Assembly (NCBI GenBank): GCA_951406725.2
Contig: OX597816.1
Span: 141,484,001 to 141,548,000 of the forward strand
Source: Octopus vulgaris
Lineage: Eukaryota
Reading direction: 5' to 3'
Length of the DNA: 64,000 bases
In this document: positions 14,249 to 28,990 of the stretch, one piece after another
How positions within the stretch are numbered: position 1 is the first letter of the stretch
How the letters are laid out: each line of letters opens with the position of its first letter
Program-made: the position numbers and the translations under genes
Notes under the pieces: generated by a model
Databases searched by the model: none
What the model saw: only the letters and a program-made list of their open reading frames with translations
Told to the model about the DNA's origin: nothing

Positions 14249-14307
<59 letters not shown>

Positions 14308-15341
14308 TAATATCAATGAGGATGATGGAGAAACAATGATCTATAATATGCTCTGGTCTATGTATGGTAACATGGTAATACTTTTGACTATGGAATGAAA
14401 CTGAAGACAATTATACATGCAGCACCAATAATATTATTCTGCTATAGTCTACATATATAACCTTTAACTATGGAATGAAATCAAAGATATAATGTATTAT
14501 ATATACAACATACATGTTTGTAAGATAATTGAGTAATAAATTATGGAATGAAATTCAACACATTTCTATGCATATTAAAGTTATTGTCAGTTTTGACTTT
14601 TGTCAATTTTTATACTGTCTAAATCCAATCTACTTCAAATTACTTTAGTGCCTATTATTGTGTTATGCTTGTCCTAGATACTAAATCTGAAGGAGGTAAT
14701 TTCAAATGTCTTCCTTAAGGCCATATAGTAGCAATTTAGATGTATTTAAAACTGACATTGATAGAGATGAATACAGTATGTTAAGATTAGTTTTACTGTA
14801 ATCTAGAGCCATTAGATCAGTTTTACTGTGATTTCAACTGGTGGTAACTATGTACAAAATATTAGACATAGGTCCTTTGATGGAAGACCTGTGTTCAAAA
14901 TGTGAGACCTTTTCCCCTCATAACAATTGAACATATTGAAACCTATAAACTCTCTTGGGCTGTTGCCAATGCAGGCCCTCACCTATTCCTGCAAATTCTA
15001 TAATTTATTGTAGTTGTCTATAGTCATACTGCAAATTGGCAGAGTAATTAGATTTTCGGATTAAATGGCTCATGGTATTTGTTGTGATTCTCTGGACTAT
15101 GAGTTCAAATCTCGCTGAAGTTAACTTTGTCTTTTATCCTTTCAGGGTTGATATAAAAATATCATCTCAGGAAAGTGGATTGGTAGAACTGTAACAATAC
15201 ATGTCTGGATACCTTGTGGTATTTAATCTGGCTCTTTACATTCTGAGTCAAGCCCCACTTAGATGCTTAAAAGCTACCCTTGCCAACTGCAAGTCTAACA
15301 TGTGAGTAAATCCTCAAAACATAGGCTAGCATCATGCAGAT

Positions 15342-15671
15342 CAGTGCTACTCAAAGTGGTGGTCCAAGTACTGGTGCCGGTCTGTGAACCATTAGTTGTC
15401 AGTACACGGCGAGTTTCCAGAAAAGAAAGAATAGCATAATTTCAGTAATTTTGCATTATGCACTGCAGTAAACAACTTATCAGCTTATGTAATATTGTAT
15501 TATTTGTTTACAAAATAAATATAAAATTTAAAAAATTGTCAACTTTTATCATATTCTTTATATATATTGTTTCTGGTATAAATTTATATTACTGAGAAAT
15601 ATTACCAGTCCCTGGCACATTGGAAAAAAAGAACTGCTGCTATGCCACATCAGATAGTTTGAGAAGCACTT
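15342..15671. mobile_element. hAT (Charlie-like) MITE
   Basis: TIRs cagtgctactcaaa / tttgagaagcact(t). Imperfect 8-bp TSD atgcagat / atatagat. Confidence 0.7.
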
Positions 15672-16164
15672 ATATAGATAGTGTAGGGCAAAGGTTGAGA
15701 AAAAGGTTCTTTCAAGTAGAGAAACATGTTCCTTAGTGAATGAAGGAGTAAATGAATGAGTCTATAGTTAGGTCAGTTTTTACTATGACTTTACCAATTG
15801 GTAACTATTATAATAAGGATCAGTTTGACTGTGAGTTCACCTAATGGTATCAAGTCAGTTTTACAAGGATTTCATCAACTGGTAACTTTCTATTTTAAGA
15901 TCAGATTTGTTGTGGCATCACCAGGTGATATCTACTTATTATCAGGTCAGACTTTATCTGTTAGTTAGCTTTTTCATGACATCAATTATTTGTAGCAATG
16001 CAGCTAGAAAAGTTTCACCATGACATCAATTATTCAGCAATTATTACTAAAGAAATGTTGCCTTTACACTACTTAATTGTAACTCTTTATTTCCAGAATA
16101 ATTTCACCATTGCTCTAGTTACAGGTTAATTTTATCATCATGTGATCTATTTTTATCTATAGTA

Positions 16165-16700
16165 GGAACAGTTTTACTATGATCTCGCATTGAGAGAACA
16201 GATTTACAATGATGTTACCCATTTGCAACAATCTTATTGCCAGAACAGTTTTACTTTGATGTAATCTTTTATAACAATCTATTGTCGGAACAGTCTTGCT
16301 ATGATGTTACCTATTTGTAACAATCTTATTGCCAGAACAGTTTTACTATGATGTAATCTATTATAACAGTCAATTGCCAGAACAGTTTTACTATGATGTA
16401 ATCTATTATAACAGTCTATTGCCAGAACAGTTTTACTATGATTTAATCTATTATAACAGTCTATTGCCAGAACAGTTTTACTATGATGTAATCTATTATA
16501 ACAGTCTATTGCCAGAACAGTTTTACTATGATGTAATCTATTATAACAGTCTATTGCCAGAACAGTTTTACTATGATGTAATCTATTATAACAGTCTGTT
16601 GCCAGAACAGTTTTACTATGATGTAATCTATTATAACAATCTATTGCCGGAACAGTCTTACTATGATGTCACCTATTTGCAACAATCTATTGTCAGAACA
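16165..16700. repeat. 45-bp minisatellite
   Basis: attgccagaacagttttactatgatgtaatctattataacagtct x7 near-perfect (16328-16642), with diverged units on both sides fading out to about 15770-16900. Confidence 0.95.
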
Positions 16701-17191
16701 TTTTTTACAATTCTGTTATCTATTTGTAGCAATTTATTTCCTAAACTGTTTTACCATGACATCACCTTTTGGTAACTGCCTGTTTCCATGATTTCCACCT
16801 ACATGTTTCTAAAGTAGTTTTACCATACTATCACCTATTTGTAGCTACTTGTTGTCAGAACAGTTTTAACATGACTTCATCCAGCAGTAATTATCTATTG
16901 TCAGAAGCCTATACTAGAGATCTGGACCAGTCACGCATTTGTTACCATAACAAAGTCAACTGCCTCCTTGCTGTCAAGTAGATTATTACTAATAACCCTA
17001 CAGCATTATTCCTGTGAGAACTGTTATGCTCACAAGCTTGCTGATACAGCTCCCTTCTCTCTTGAACAATATAATGCAGCATACAAATTACAAGCAATAA
17101 AATCATTTTAAGTTATCTTCAGAGTTGAGCATTGCACTTATTACAATTTATAGCCTTCATATGACATAACAGTTGTGGTGAGTTACAGCAA

Positions 17192-17205
17192 TGTGTGTGT
17201 GTGCA

Positions 17206-17281
<76 letters not shown>

Positions 17282-17750
17282 CGTGCGTGTGTGAGTGCGT
17301 GCATGCCTGTGTGCAAGTGTGTGACTGAGTAAGCGTGTGTGCTCTTGGTTATTTCAAACAGCTTACATGGAGGTAATCGCATGACATATAAAAAATTAAA
17401 GCTAGAATTCCTAATAGAGTATATTGATAATCAAAGTAGTTGCGTAGAGTTCAGCTGGCTGCTACTGAATCAATGGTGTTGAATGATGAAGGGAATATTT
17501 CAGGATTTATGATTGTTTAAGAACATCTGCTGGAAAAAATTCACATACAAATAGCTAAATTCTAATGTTGATTGACTAGGAAAAAAAAAAAAAAATAACC
17601 CCCAAAGACTTGCCTTATGTTATGTAGTAAATAGTATGTAGCTCTTTGTTGATTTAATATCAGTTTATGCAAGGCAAGTGCGTATATGAGAGTATATGAG
17701 TTCGTGCTTTATAAGTTTGAATGTTGGCAAGATAACTACAGTATATTATG

Positions 17751-17829
<79 letters not shown>

Positions 17830-17848
17830 GTATGTATGTATGTATGTA
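17192..17848. repeat. (TG)n at 17192-17340 and (TA)n/(TATG)n at 17748-17848
   Basis: Direct reading. Confidence 0.9.
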
Positions 17849-18642
17849 TCTTTATCTGTCCCATGAAAATAGTCGTATCTGTATGTATGTGTGTGTATTT
17901 ATAGAGAGAAACAAGAAAGTTCCAGTACTTTGTCTGCTTTTGCAAAATTCTAGTAAATTGATATTGATTGTCTGATTTTAAAAAGAGAGAGAGACCTGAG
18001 TCATGTAAGTGATGTGGGGGCATCAATAGTTGCAATAACAACAAAATAAATAGCAAATAAGAACAACATCAGAACTATGAGATAAATCAGCCATTTAGAC
18101 AGCCATAGCAATAAAGGAATAAAACAAAATCCCCATTCAATCATCCATGGACATCCAGAAAAACCTAACTAGATAATATATCTTGATAAATGTTTATGGC
18201 TATCTCTTTATACCAGCCTGCTGGTTTGGTTTGAGATTAAATAATTATCTTCCTAAATTAATGAAATTCTAAGACACCATAAAGTAATCTACCATACATT
18301 TATATATTTCTAAGGAAGCAAATACGAAGAAGGATTGTGGCACAGTGGTCAGGTACTGGAATTAAAAATCTTCAGAAGTAAGTTTAAGTTCTGCTTATAA
18401 ATCAATATTTTTTTAACTATTCAAAGTTAGAGAAAAAGTGTGCAATTATTATGTAATCTGTTTTGTTGTATTATGATTTATCTCTGCTGACTGGGTTTCT
18501 TTTGATTAATCAGAAATAGTGATTGAAATGGTTGCGAGGCCTGTGTGGATATTATGTATACCAGTTTCTCAATTTCCAGGTTTTTGTTTTGTATATTCAG
18601 TGAATGCTAATGAAAATGATGATGATATAATCATTATCATCA

Positions 18643-18689
<47 letters not shown>

Positions 18690-18700
18690 TATTATTATTA

Positions 18701-18898
18701 TTCTATGTTTGACTTTTGCTTTACATTTGCACAAGCTGGCTCCAAGTCTCACCCAGAGACCTCAAGAGACAACAAGTTGGAAGTTCATGTTGGTGTTATG
18801 CCTAGGATGCCATATATTTGGTTTTGTACTTAGTGTTGTACTAGTGAATGCCTAAAAAACCATACGAAAATTATGTTTTAAAACTTGAGATTACAAAG
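18701..18898 (-). mobile_element. 3' end of a (TAA)n-inserted non-LTR element, R4/Dong-like
   Basis: Clean ~200-bp insert between two (ATT)n tracts. Minus strand ends cttgaggtctctgggtgagacttggag...(TAA)n. Family call is from recall of R4/Dong 3' UTRs and their TAA targeting. Confidence 0.45.
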
Positions 18899-20034
18899 AT
18901 TATTATTATTATTATTATTATTAATTATCTTTTGTCAAGTTTCTATCACTAAACATTTACTTGTTTATTTATTATTATTATCATTACTATTATGTATATA
19001 TATTTCATTCAGTTCTCATAATAAAATACATTATATAGCTTAAGTCATAATGTACAATTAGAGTAGCTCATATTTGGTTAGACCAGTGGAAATGAAGGAT
19101 GGGAGTGACCATGAGTGACTGTTGAATAATGATGTAAGGTAATGAATGTTTTGGTCAGGTTGGGTGTGGCCACGTACATACCTATGCATTATGGAGGAGA
19201 GAGAGTGAAGTTGCAAGTTATATTTAATTATTTATTGTTATCATAAAATCATATTGCTTTATTAGTATTTTGAATAAGTTAATATGTGAAATATTTAAAT
19301 AGAAAATTTTGGCATGAAGTTAATTGTAGGGTAATGTAGGAGAAGCCTATAATAAAGATGTAATTATAGGCACATGAACCATGACCTCTTACCATGCTGT
19401 AACTTTGCCAAAACAAGACCTTTTGCATCAATATTGACAAGTTTATAGGTTTACAGCAACATAATGAAACAGGCACTTTTCTAGTGTTTTACATATTCTT
19501 CAATTATCATACATTAACTCTAATGATTATCGTCTTGTAATTTTACCTAATCATTGTAGGGAAACCATTGAACTAAGCCTCTGCCCAATAATGAAATAAT
19601 TTTCATCTTAGTAAAACTACCTCATATTATTATTTTACAGGCTGGGCTGAGATGAACCTGGCTTGCAATGGCTCACATGAACTAGTTGTTCATATTTTCA
19701 TAAATATGATTTTTTTTGTCAAGTTATAAAAGAGAAAACAAAATAAAACAATAATGTGGGTTAACTAATACCTTGTTTTAATTCATTAGTAAATTTACAG
19801 TTTTCTACATAATATCAATGTTTCGTTTTTCTTAATTTTAAAACAAGTTACTTCACTTCTAGCAAGCAGGCTATGAACCAAACTATGTTCAAATGATGTC
19901 TTGTTTTTAGTGTTACTTAATATATTCTGCTAGCTCACTGACAATTCAGTTGGTCCTTTATTGTTTTGAGGTGAAAGTGTGAAGAAATGTACATGAATAT
20001 TTGTATGTAACTGTATGTATGAGTGAATGTATGG

Positions 20035-20066
<32 letters not shown>

Positions 20067-20067
20067 G

Positions 20068-20100
<33 letters not shown>

Positions 20101-23100
20101 TTGTAATTATGAGGGCATACATATGTTCCCTCTTATCTTCAGCTACTTTGCATCTGATCCATAATGTTTTAATCTCTTATAACTGTATCTTTATATGTGA
20201 TTCTTTGAGGTATTGTTCTTATCAGCTTTATCACAAACATCAATCTATTATTGTAACTGTATATGTGTGATTCTTTAAGGAATTATTTCCATCCAACTTC
20301 TTCTTAACTTCCATGCACTCCATTTCTTTAATCTATCATTGTAACTGTATCTCTATATTTAGTTATTTGAAGTATTGCATCTATCTACCTTTTTGACACT
20401 TTTCTTTTTCCACCATGGATTCTTAGATTCTCAACCTCTCATAGAACTCATTTTGCTAAGCCAAGCATCTTACTAAACTACCAGTTTTTGTCCCCATTTC
20501 CTCATGCTCATATGAAGAACAAGAATGGTGGAACATTATGAACTTATCCATTACGCAGAGCTTTTTATTGACTGGTCTTTTTTTCTGACTTTGGCCATCA
20601 ACAGTTTAAAAAAAATTCAAGAACCATTTAGAAATAAATAAGGTATGTAAAAATGTTTATATTCTTTAAGAATTAAAAAAGAAAAAAGAAGCACTGATAC
20701 GAATGTTAGCTAATACTTCTTTATTACTAGAGTTGAATTTGAAAAAAAATCGATTTGCCTACCTTAAATATAAACATATACAGCTATTATCACATGCATT
20801 TGAACACTATATTAATATAATATGGTGAACCTCAGAAGAAATTTTATAAACTTTGCTAATCCTCATGCACACACACAAGGTATTGAGACCTTTGCTTTCA
20901 TGCCAATAAAAAGTTGATGTGGATAAATAGTACATCAGAAGAATTATGTGGGTGTAAGGATCTGTGAGGAGATTGCACAATGAAACACATGAGCATGGTG
21001 ATGGTTGAGCATTTGAAAAAAGAACTCCTGTTGCTATACATGAATAATATGTTCTTTAATTGTTTATTTATATCATTGATTGGTTAAAAATAATATTCTT
21101 CATTTCTTTTTATAGCATAAAACTATTGTTTTTAATATCCATTGATTTACAGTGCTTTATATAGATTATTTAAAAATTTAATTTCAAACATTTTTGAAGT
21201 TAGAAAGCTAAAAAAAACAAACAATCAAGACTTCAGAATATATGTTTTATATTGAAGTGTATTCAATAAAGAAATAATTCAACAAACAAAAATATTTGAG
21301 AATGAAAGTATTTTGTAATTTACTTGGCATGCTAATATTTATTATTACTAACATTTTTAAAGGTTTTCTGATACTGTAATGTCAAATTTGAATTTTTCCT
21401 TTACAGAGAACTGGTGTTTGTAGCTCAGGGAAATGGTTGTGAAAATTATAGCGTCTTACCACAAAGTACAGATATTCATAGATCCTTGTGATTATAAGTA
21501 GTGAACATGTAGGGTTACTTATTATGTAGGGAAACCTCATGCTTGGATCTTCAAAAGCAAGAGATGTTATGGATATCAGATAGATAAACTGACCTGATAC
21601 CCAAACACTTTTTAAGATCTTGAGTATGAACATGTATATTACAGTCATTTGGGGAATTAATGTAAATAATTCAGGTTAAATGAAGAGATCAAATCATTGT
21701 CAAAAGAACACTCTGTCACCTCTTACAGATTGTCTGTGATCTCTGAGCATAAATCCCATTTTCGGCACTAGTGAGTGATAGACAGCAGAATCAGTAGAGT
21801 GTCAGACAAAATGCGTGAAATGTTGAGAATCTAAGGAGGTGAGGGGCAGAAAGGTAAACGAGTACAATACTTCAATTAACTAGATACAGAGATAAAGCTA
21901 CAATGGCAGATTAGAGTATTGGAGTAAAATGAAGGTGGATAAGTTAGATGGAAACAATACATCAAAAAAGCCACATATAGGCTGTTACAATAATGGATTA
22001 ATGTATTGTGATAAGGTTGATGACAATATTACCTCAAAAATTGACATATATAGACACAGTTGTAACAGATTAAAGTATTATGGATGAGATGCAAAGTACC
22101 AAAGAGTGAAATGGTAACATACATATGCCCATATGATTATATAGTTATGTTCTAAGTTTAAATTCCACTTTTTATTAAATTCTGTATTCAAATCTTATTT
22201 CATATATGACCGGCGAAGTTGACTTTGCACTAATCAAATATCAGAGTTTATTTAATCAACTGTAACTCTTCCTCAAAATTTGAAGTTTTGTACCTGTGCA
22301 AGAAATCGTTAATTCATCAGATGAAGAAGTAGCTCCTACAGCCTTGGCTGGACTTCTGCTAAAACATCACACTAATATTTATGAATGAAAAAAAAAAAAA
22401 CTATCATTGTAAAAAATGTGTAGAATAAAGCTTAGAACAATTATATCTTCCTGGTATGATCATTCTCATTTGTAAGTTGATATACATCTATTTTTGTCAA
22501 GAAATCTATGAAATGACCTGTCTCATATCAAAAGTTATCGATCAGTTTGTCACTTTTATTAGAACTAATTTACCAAGCTTTAGATTTACAATGGTATTGG
22601 AGAGTTTCAATTCACTTTTTGTCCAATAAAGTTTGCTGTAGTTTCAAGGAGTTAAAAGCCATTTTTCAAGAGATATTCTCTATCAATATGATTTTATTTT
22701 CACCCTACTACCAAATTTCTCTTCTTATTGGCATTAAAATTTATTCAGACAGATGATGTTTAGTGCCATCAGAGAAATAAACAAATTTGGAATACAGTCT
22801 GTGTATTTTGATGGTTTGATACAAATGACTATAGTCAGCACTATTAACTAGTTGCCTGTCAGGTATTATGTCTCAAATAGTTGCTGTTGCTCTAGTCTTT
22901 TAACTATCAAGAGATAAATGAGCTAGAATGATCAGCCTGTGAATCAGTAAATCAGTATGAGATTTATATGGATATGTCTGATAATAGCAAAACTGAGAAT
23001 CTAAGCAGTTTAGCTAAGTCAGCAAACATCTAGTTATTTTCAACTTTTTACAAATCATGTGGTGTTAAGGTTGCATAAGTTGTAAAGTTTATATGATTAA

Positions 23101-26010
23101 AAATCAATGTTTTAGATCAAAATATCTCAGTTTGACTTCTGTAGAGACAAAAGCTGGCCAAATACAGATATTCTTAAACTTGCCTTGCTTTGGGCCCTCA
23201 CTTCTTTGATTGAGACATAGGGGTACTGTTGTGATATATGGTATGTCTTAAGAATCTGGGGGAGCCTACCCTTTTTCCAGTTTGGACACAGCCAATTTCT
23301 ACTAAAAAGGCAGACAGACAGACAGAGAAATAGAGACAGAAGGAAAGAAAGAAAGACAGATAGATAGAAAGAAAAAGCGGGAGAAAAAGAAAATCAACTC
23401 CAGTGCCGGAGTAGTTGTTTATTTATCAAATTGAAAAGATGAAAGGCAAAACTGATCTTGACAGGATTTTAACTCACAACACAAAGAGCACAAACGATTA
23501 CTGCAAATCAATCTTTCTGATACTCTATTTGCTGCCTTCATTACTAATGACTCAGCAATTTAGGGTTCAAGGGTTTAGACCAATGGAAAGTGTTTTGTAA
23601 TGCTGTTGTTTAGGAAATTTTATTTTACACTTTAGTTAACATAGGTGTGAGAAGCATGTAACAAACTTTTATGAGGAATGTCACCAGTGAGAGACTAGTG
23701 TAGTATTCCAATGGAAATTTATCTCACATTTTCATGTTACAGAAACTGAAGTGAATCACTGGCCTTTAGGTTGATCCTTGTGATTCATAGAAATATTAAC
23801 TAAATATTTTTATCCTGAAATGATACAAGTATTTAACTCTTAAGGAAAGTTGATGAGTTACAGTGTAAGTGGGGAATGTTTGCTAATGTATGTTCTGATT
23901 TGCATGAGATCAGCACATTTATCACTCAGCCATGAGGTCTCTGTGTCAAATATAGATGAAGACTAGTTTACTCACTCACTCTCATGTATTTGAACAAACC
24001 CACACAATAATACATATATAAGCTCCACATAACCAAACCTACATACAGACTTTTATGCTCACATATTATACACACACACAGAATTATACACACACACATA
24101 CATACATACATATATGTGGCTCACACATTAACATACAAGCACACTCACACATCACACATATGTACATATATGTGTGTATACATACACAAGTACGTGTATG
24201 TAATACTTATATATACACACACAGGGTCTCACACACAAGTGGGGAACTGTCACATGTATATACTGAATGATTTAATGTGATCATTACATAAATGAGAAAG
24301 AACTTCCAAATTAAAAATTCATACTTGAAGAGAAGCATTACTTTTGTTCTTTCAGCTCACTTTTAGTAATGTCCACATATTAAATATTCAACTTGACAGT
24401 AATTCACAACTTAGAAGCATTTATTGATTCTTGAAATTCTCTGCTACAACACATCTGCCGGATGTCACAAAGATATTTTATGAAATAGGAATGACAGTAG
24501 AATGTTTACAATCAGCTGTTTGCACAAGAATGAGAGACGAAGCTGGCGAATGATTCAAAATATAAATTGATGCTACATCTTCTCACACAACTCCCCCAAC
24601 TGTAATACAACATATACATACTTATATTACATGTGCAAACACAATTTAGATTGCATAGATGTAGGATTTATTTCAAAGAAAGTTAAGTTTCAGGATTTCT
24701 GAGGCAGGAAGTGCAGAGAGTGCTGGTGAGGGGGGAGGGTTAATGAAGAAATGACATTTCAGTGATAAAGTAAGGAGAAGTAATTTAGTTGAAATAGATT
24801 AAGTTAGCACTCTTCTTTATCTGGTTTCTGTTTCAATAATGCCTCTTTTATATCAGCATATATGTGTGTATTATAATTATATATAATATGTATTATATAT
24901 GTGTGTGTATTATAAGCTAATATATGTCAAATCACTTGTGAGTGCTACTGGTAACATGTAATCCAGTACAACCTGTTACATGGTCAGGACACTGGTAACT
25001 AAGCTAGCAACTCTACTATGTTAGCTTAGTAAGGAGGGTCACTCTGCAGGATGAAAAACAAAAGCTGTCAAAGGATGGATTAACTCACTGAAGTGAACAG
25101 CCATCCAATACTGTGTGCACAAGCTCGGTCCAGCTATTTCCCATGAACAGTGTTAGTTCCTGCAGCAATCATCAAGAAACTAGTAACTTTGTTGCAGAGG
25201 ATTGATACATTTTCAACAATAGGTAGGCACAAGTTCATTCAGCAGAGTACCATGAGTATGAGAATGTAGGCATGATGTATACCACAGTACTACTGGAAGT
25301 TTGTGACACCAAGTCCTTATTAGGACATTGCCCTAGAAGGTTGACTCTGATGTAAAACCTGTAACTCAATGACAGTGGATGATGTTGACAAGTTTTTCTT
25401 TTTGGAGCATCTGTCATTGTTGCTCAGAAGAGGGAATTGGTTGCGTGCAAGGTTTCTCTTTACTTTAAAAAGCATCACGCATAGGCATTGCTTGATATAC
25501 CACCATTGTCAACCAATACTTGAGAATGAGAAAGTTGCCATTATATATATATTATGATGATTGTGTGAAGGCACCATCCATCCACCCATCTATCCATCCA
25601 TCCATCCATCTACCCATCCATCCATTCATCCATTTATCCATCCATCCAATTATCCATCTATCTATCTACATATATATATATATTTACACACACATGTGTA
25701 TTATGTATGTGTGTGTGTGTGTGTGTGTGAATGGATCTCCATTAGTCTTGAGGATGAAGATTTAGTTGTCCAATCAACTATATTATCTGCTCATTGAATT
25801 AATAAGTAAGTGGCTGAATATGGTACAGACCTATGTAACCATAACATAATTCTCAGCATGACACCAGCATGTGACAAGGCTGGACTGTTTGAAATACTGG
25901 TAAAACTCAACTAATGGATAGCTATACAATTTCGAAATACCTAATTTTACTCATAAGGAATGAATCACCCAAGGCAAAAGAAAATGACATTTGCCCAAGA
26001 TGCCATGCAG

Positions 26011-27450
26011 TACAAAGGTTGGCTGAAAAGTTCATAGGCTTACTATGAAGGAATGATGCTAGAGCTGTGAAATCTTGCATGCATTCATCTCAACTCTGCT
26101 TATTAATAACTGCGTTGTTTCTTCCCAAGCAAACTGATATCTGACTGTTCAAAGAAGAGTTCAAAAGTAACTAGTAGCAACTTCTCTTGAAAATGGACAA
26201 AATTTGGTATCATGGTGTTATCAAGTACTTGCAGGAAAAGGGTTTGGCCTCTAAGGACAGTCATACTGAGATAGTTGTTACATTAGTAGATGACGCTCCA
26301 ATTTTATAACAGTGCAAAAGTGGACAGTTGAATTTAGTCCTGAAACTGCCACCACAGAGGAAAAAAATTGATTGTGTCCACCACATGGTGACAGATGACT
26401 ATAAATCAAATACTTTTCTACTCTAGGCACAAGGTCCGAAACTTTTTGGGAGGGGCCCAGTTGATTAGATCGATCCCAGTATGCAACTGGTACTTAATTT
26501 ATCGATTCTGAAAGGATGAAAGGCAAAGTCGACCTCAGCAGAATTTAAACTCAGAATATAAAGACAGACGAAATACTGCTAAGCATTTTGCCCTGCATGC
26601 TAATGTTTCTGCCAGCTTATCGCCTTGACTATAAATCAAATTGCCAATGCTATTAGCATATCTTGTGAGAGAATTGAAAATATTCTGCAGAATAAGCTTG
26701 CCATGACAAAGGTTTCTGCTTGGTGGGTGCCACATCTTCTGACACCTGATCAAAAGCATATCAGGCTGATCACATCACAAGAAACTCTGACTTTGTTAGA
26801 GGCAGATTCAGCTGGTTTCCTTGAATGTTTCCTAACCCAGGATGAGTGTTGACTTTATCAGTTTGAGCCAGAGCAAAAGAGACAATCTATGAATGGAAAC
26901 ACTTCTCACTTACTCCAAAGAAGGCCAAGGTTGTTTCATCTGCTGTGGGAAGGTGATGGTTTCAGTTTCTTGGGATATGAAAGACATTGTGTTTATTAAC
27001 TATCTTCAAAAGGACCATGCTAGCAATGGAGAGTACTATGCCAGTTTGCTGAGGCACTTACAAAAGGCTATGAAGACTAAATGCTCAGGAAAACTGGTGA
27101 AAGGCATCTTATTTCATCAGGACAATGCTCCAGTAGACAAGCCATTGGTTTCAATGGCTGTTGTGCATGACTGATTTTTCAACTGGTTGATCACTATCCT
27201 TATTCCCCTGATTTGGCTTCATCTGATTATGATCTGTTACCCAATGTGAAAAGACACTTGACTAGAAACTAGTATCGAGTCATATCTGCTGTTTATGACT
27301 GTTTTGACCAACAGGATGAAAGCTTCTTCACCAATAGAATCCAAGCACTACAGCTCCACTGGAAGAAGTGTGTGGACTGCAAAGGGGACTACATTGAAAA
27401 ATAAACCCCATTTAGTCACATTCCATGAGAGTGTCTTGGTTGGCCTATTA
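26011..27450 (+). mobile_element. Decayed mariner (DD34D-type) transposon
   Basis: TA + caaaggttggctgaaaagttcataggct left TIR. Pseudo-ORF from 26193 MDKIWYHGVIKYLQEKG, WVPHLLT, FLTQDE, GKVMVSVSWD, LFHQDNAP, YSPDLASSDY, with multiple stops and frameshifts. Right TIR truncated (ggttggcctat). Confidence 0.9.
26412..26625 (-). mobile_element. tRNA-derived SINE (family B) nested in the mariner, 16-bp TSD
   Basis: TSD tgactataaatcaaat at 26396-26411 and 26626-26641. Body with gagtttaaattc B-box-like motif and gtcgactttgcctttcatcctttc central domain. Confidence 0.9.
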
Positions 27451-27613
27451 GACCTGAACTGCATGGTGATATAACAAACTTATTAACCACTCAATATATA
27501 TATATATATATATATATATATTACCTTTTTGGTTTTAATTGCTATAGCCATCTATATTATAATGTATTTAATATATCTTAATATCTTAATATATTATTAT
27601 ATCTTATTGTATG

Positions 27614-27663
<50 letters not shown>

Positions 27664-27684
27664 AGAAAAAGGAATATATATTCT

Positions 27685-28135
27685 TTTTTTGTTCTTTTAT
27701 TTGATTCAATCACTGGACTGTGGCCTTGCTGGGGCATTCCCTTTAAGGGCTTAGTTGAACAAATCAACTTCAGTGCTTCATTTTTTAAAATCCGGTACTT
27801 ATTCTATTGGCTTCTTTTGCTGAACTACTAAGTTATGGGGACATAAACAAGCAAATACAAGTTGTCTAGCAGGACTTATTCTTTTGGAAGCCTAGTACTT
27901 ATTTTATTGGTCTGTTTTGCTGAACCACTAAGTTATGGGGACATAAACACACCACCATCGGTTGTCAAGCGATGTTGGGGTGACAAACACAGACACACAA
28001 ACATATACACACACATACACACACACATATATAGGCTATAGTAGAAGACACTTGCCCAAGGTGCCATACAGTGGGAATGAACCCTGAACTATGTGGTTGG
28101 TAAGAAAGTTACTTACCACACAGCCACTCCTGTGC
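27685..28135 (-). mobile_element. Family A SINE with partially duplicated 3' domain
   Basis: gtacttatt..attgg...ttttgctgaac..ctaagttatggggacataaa occurs twice (27795-27850 and 27895-27950). Head ends near 28135. Confidence 0.8.
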
Positions 28136-28727
28136 CTATATTTATATATATATATATATAGATACACACATACACATATACATGTACATATATGCTCTCT
28201 TACACCTTATGCATCCAGCTTGCCTTTTCCCATCACTTTTGTGTTTCAACCTCCCCCCAAACACCAAACACTTCACTCCTTATCAGAACTTCTATTCTGA
28301 AGATCACTCTCTTTTGCTCATGTTTTCCTTATTGAAAGCAGGCTGACCATGAACCATTGGAGCCTGTATGTAGTTGGTCTCTTGTTTAGAAATAGCAGTT
28401 CAATCTATTTCATGCTCTCAAATCTTACACTACTGTCTTAAAAAAGAAAAAAAAGAAAAAAGGAAAAAGCGGAGGAGGAACACATTGAATAATGTGACCC
28501 TAGATATACTATGTCTAATAAAAATGCCTCAGAATGGTCAAAGCTAGAATGCCTTTGATTATAGGTTTGTAGCATCAATTATGACCCTGGGCTAAAAAGG
28601 AAAATAACTTTGTCAATTTAGGAACACCTGCAAATGTTAAGGATACTGTGCCTTCTTGGATTACATTAAAAAGAACTATTTATAGTGCTTCATCTCAACT
28701 CCTATCATGCGCTGTTATATCTGATTT

Positions 28728-28774
28728 TGTGTGTGTGTATGTGTGTGTGTGTTGTGTTGTGTGTGTGTTGTTGT

Positions 28775-28808
<34 letters not shown>

Positions 28809-28990
28809 GTGTGTGTGTGTGTTGTGTTGTGTGTGTGTGTGTGTGTGTGTGTTGTGAGTGTGTGTGTGTAGCATTTATTGAGTCTTGTGTAATGGAAAGT
28901 GAAAGTCCCTTGAGCTGAAAGTCTTACACAAACACAAATAGACACACGTCCACACATGCACGCACACGCACACACACACACACACACATA
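28728..28990. repeat. (TG)n/(TTG) tract and facing (CA)n tract
   Basis: Direct reading. Confidence 0.9.

Noticed and set aside
16329-16775. Tyr-rich repeat ORF as a reflectin-like or structural protein
   Set aside because: Lacks reflectin Met/Asp-rich motifs, has no ATG, units are nearly identical at DNA level and flanking units break frame.
19620-21600. Splice-like signals on the plus strand (ttttacag at ~19640 and ~21403, aag|gtatgt at ~20642)
   Set aside because: No sustained ORF or recognisable protein. Such motifs are frequent in AT-rich DNA and cannot be supported without RNA data.
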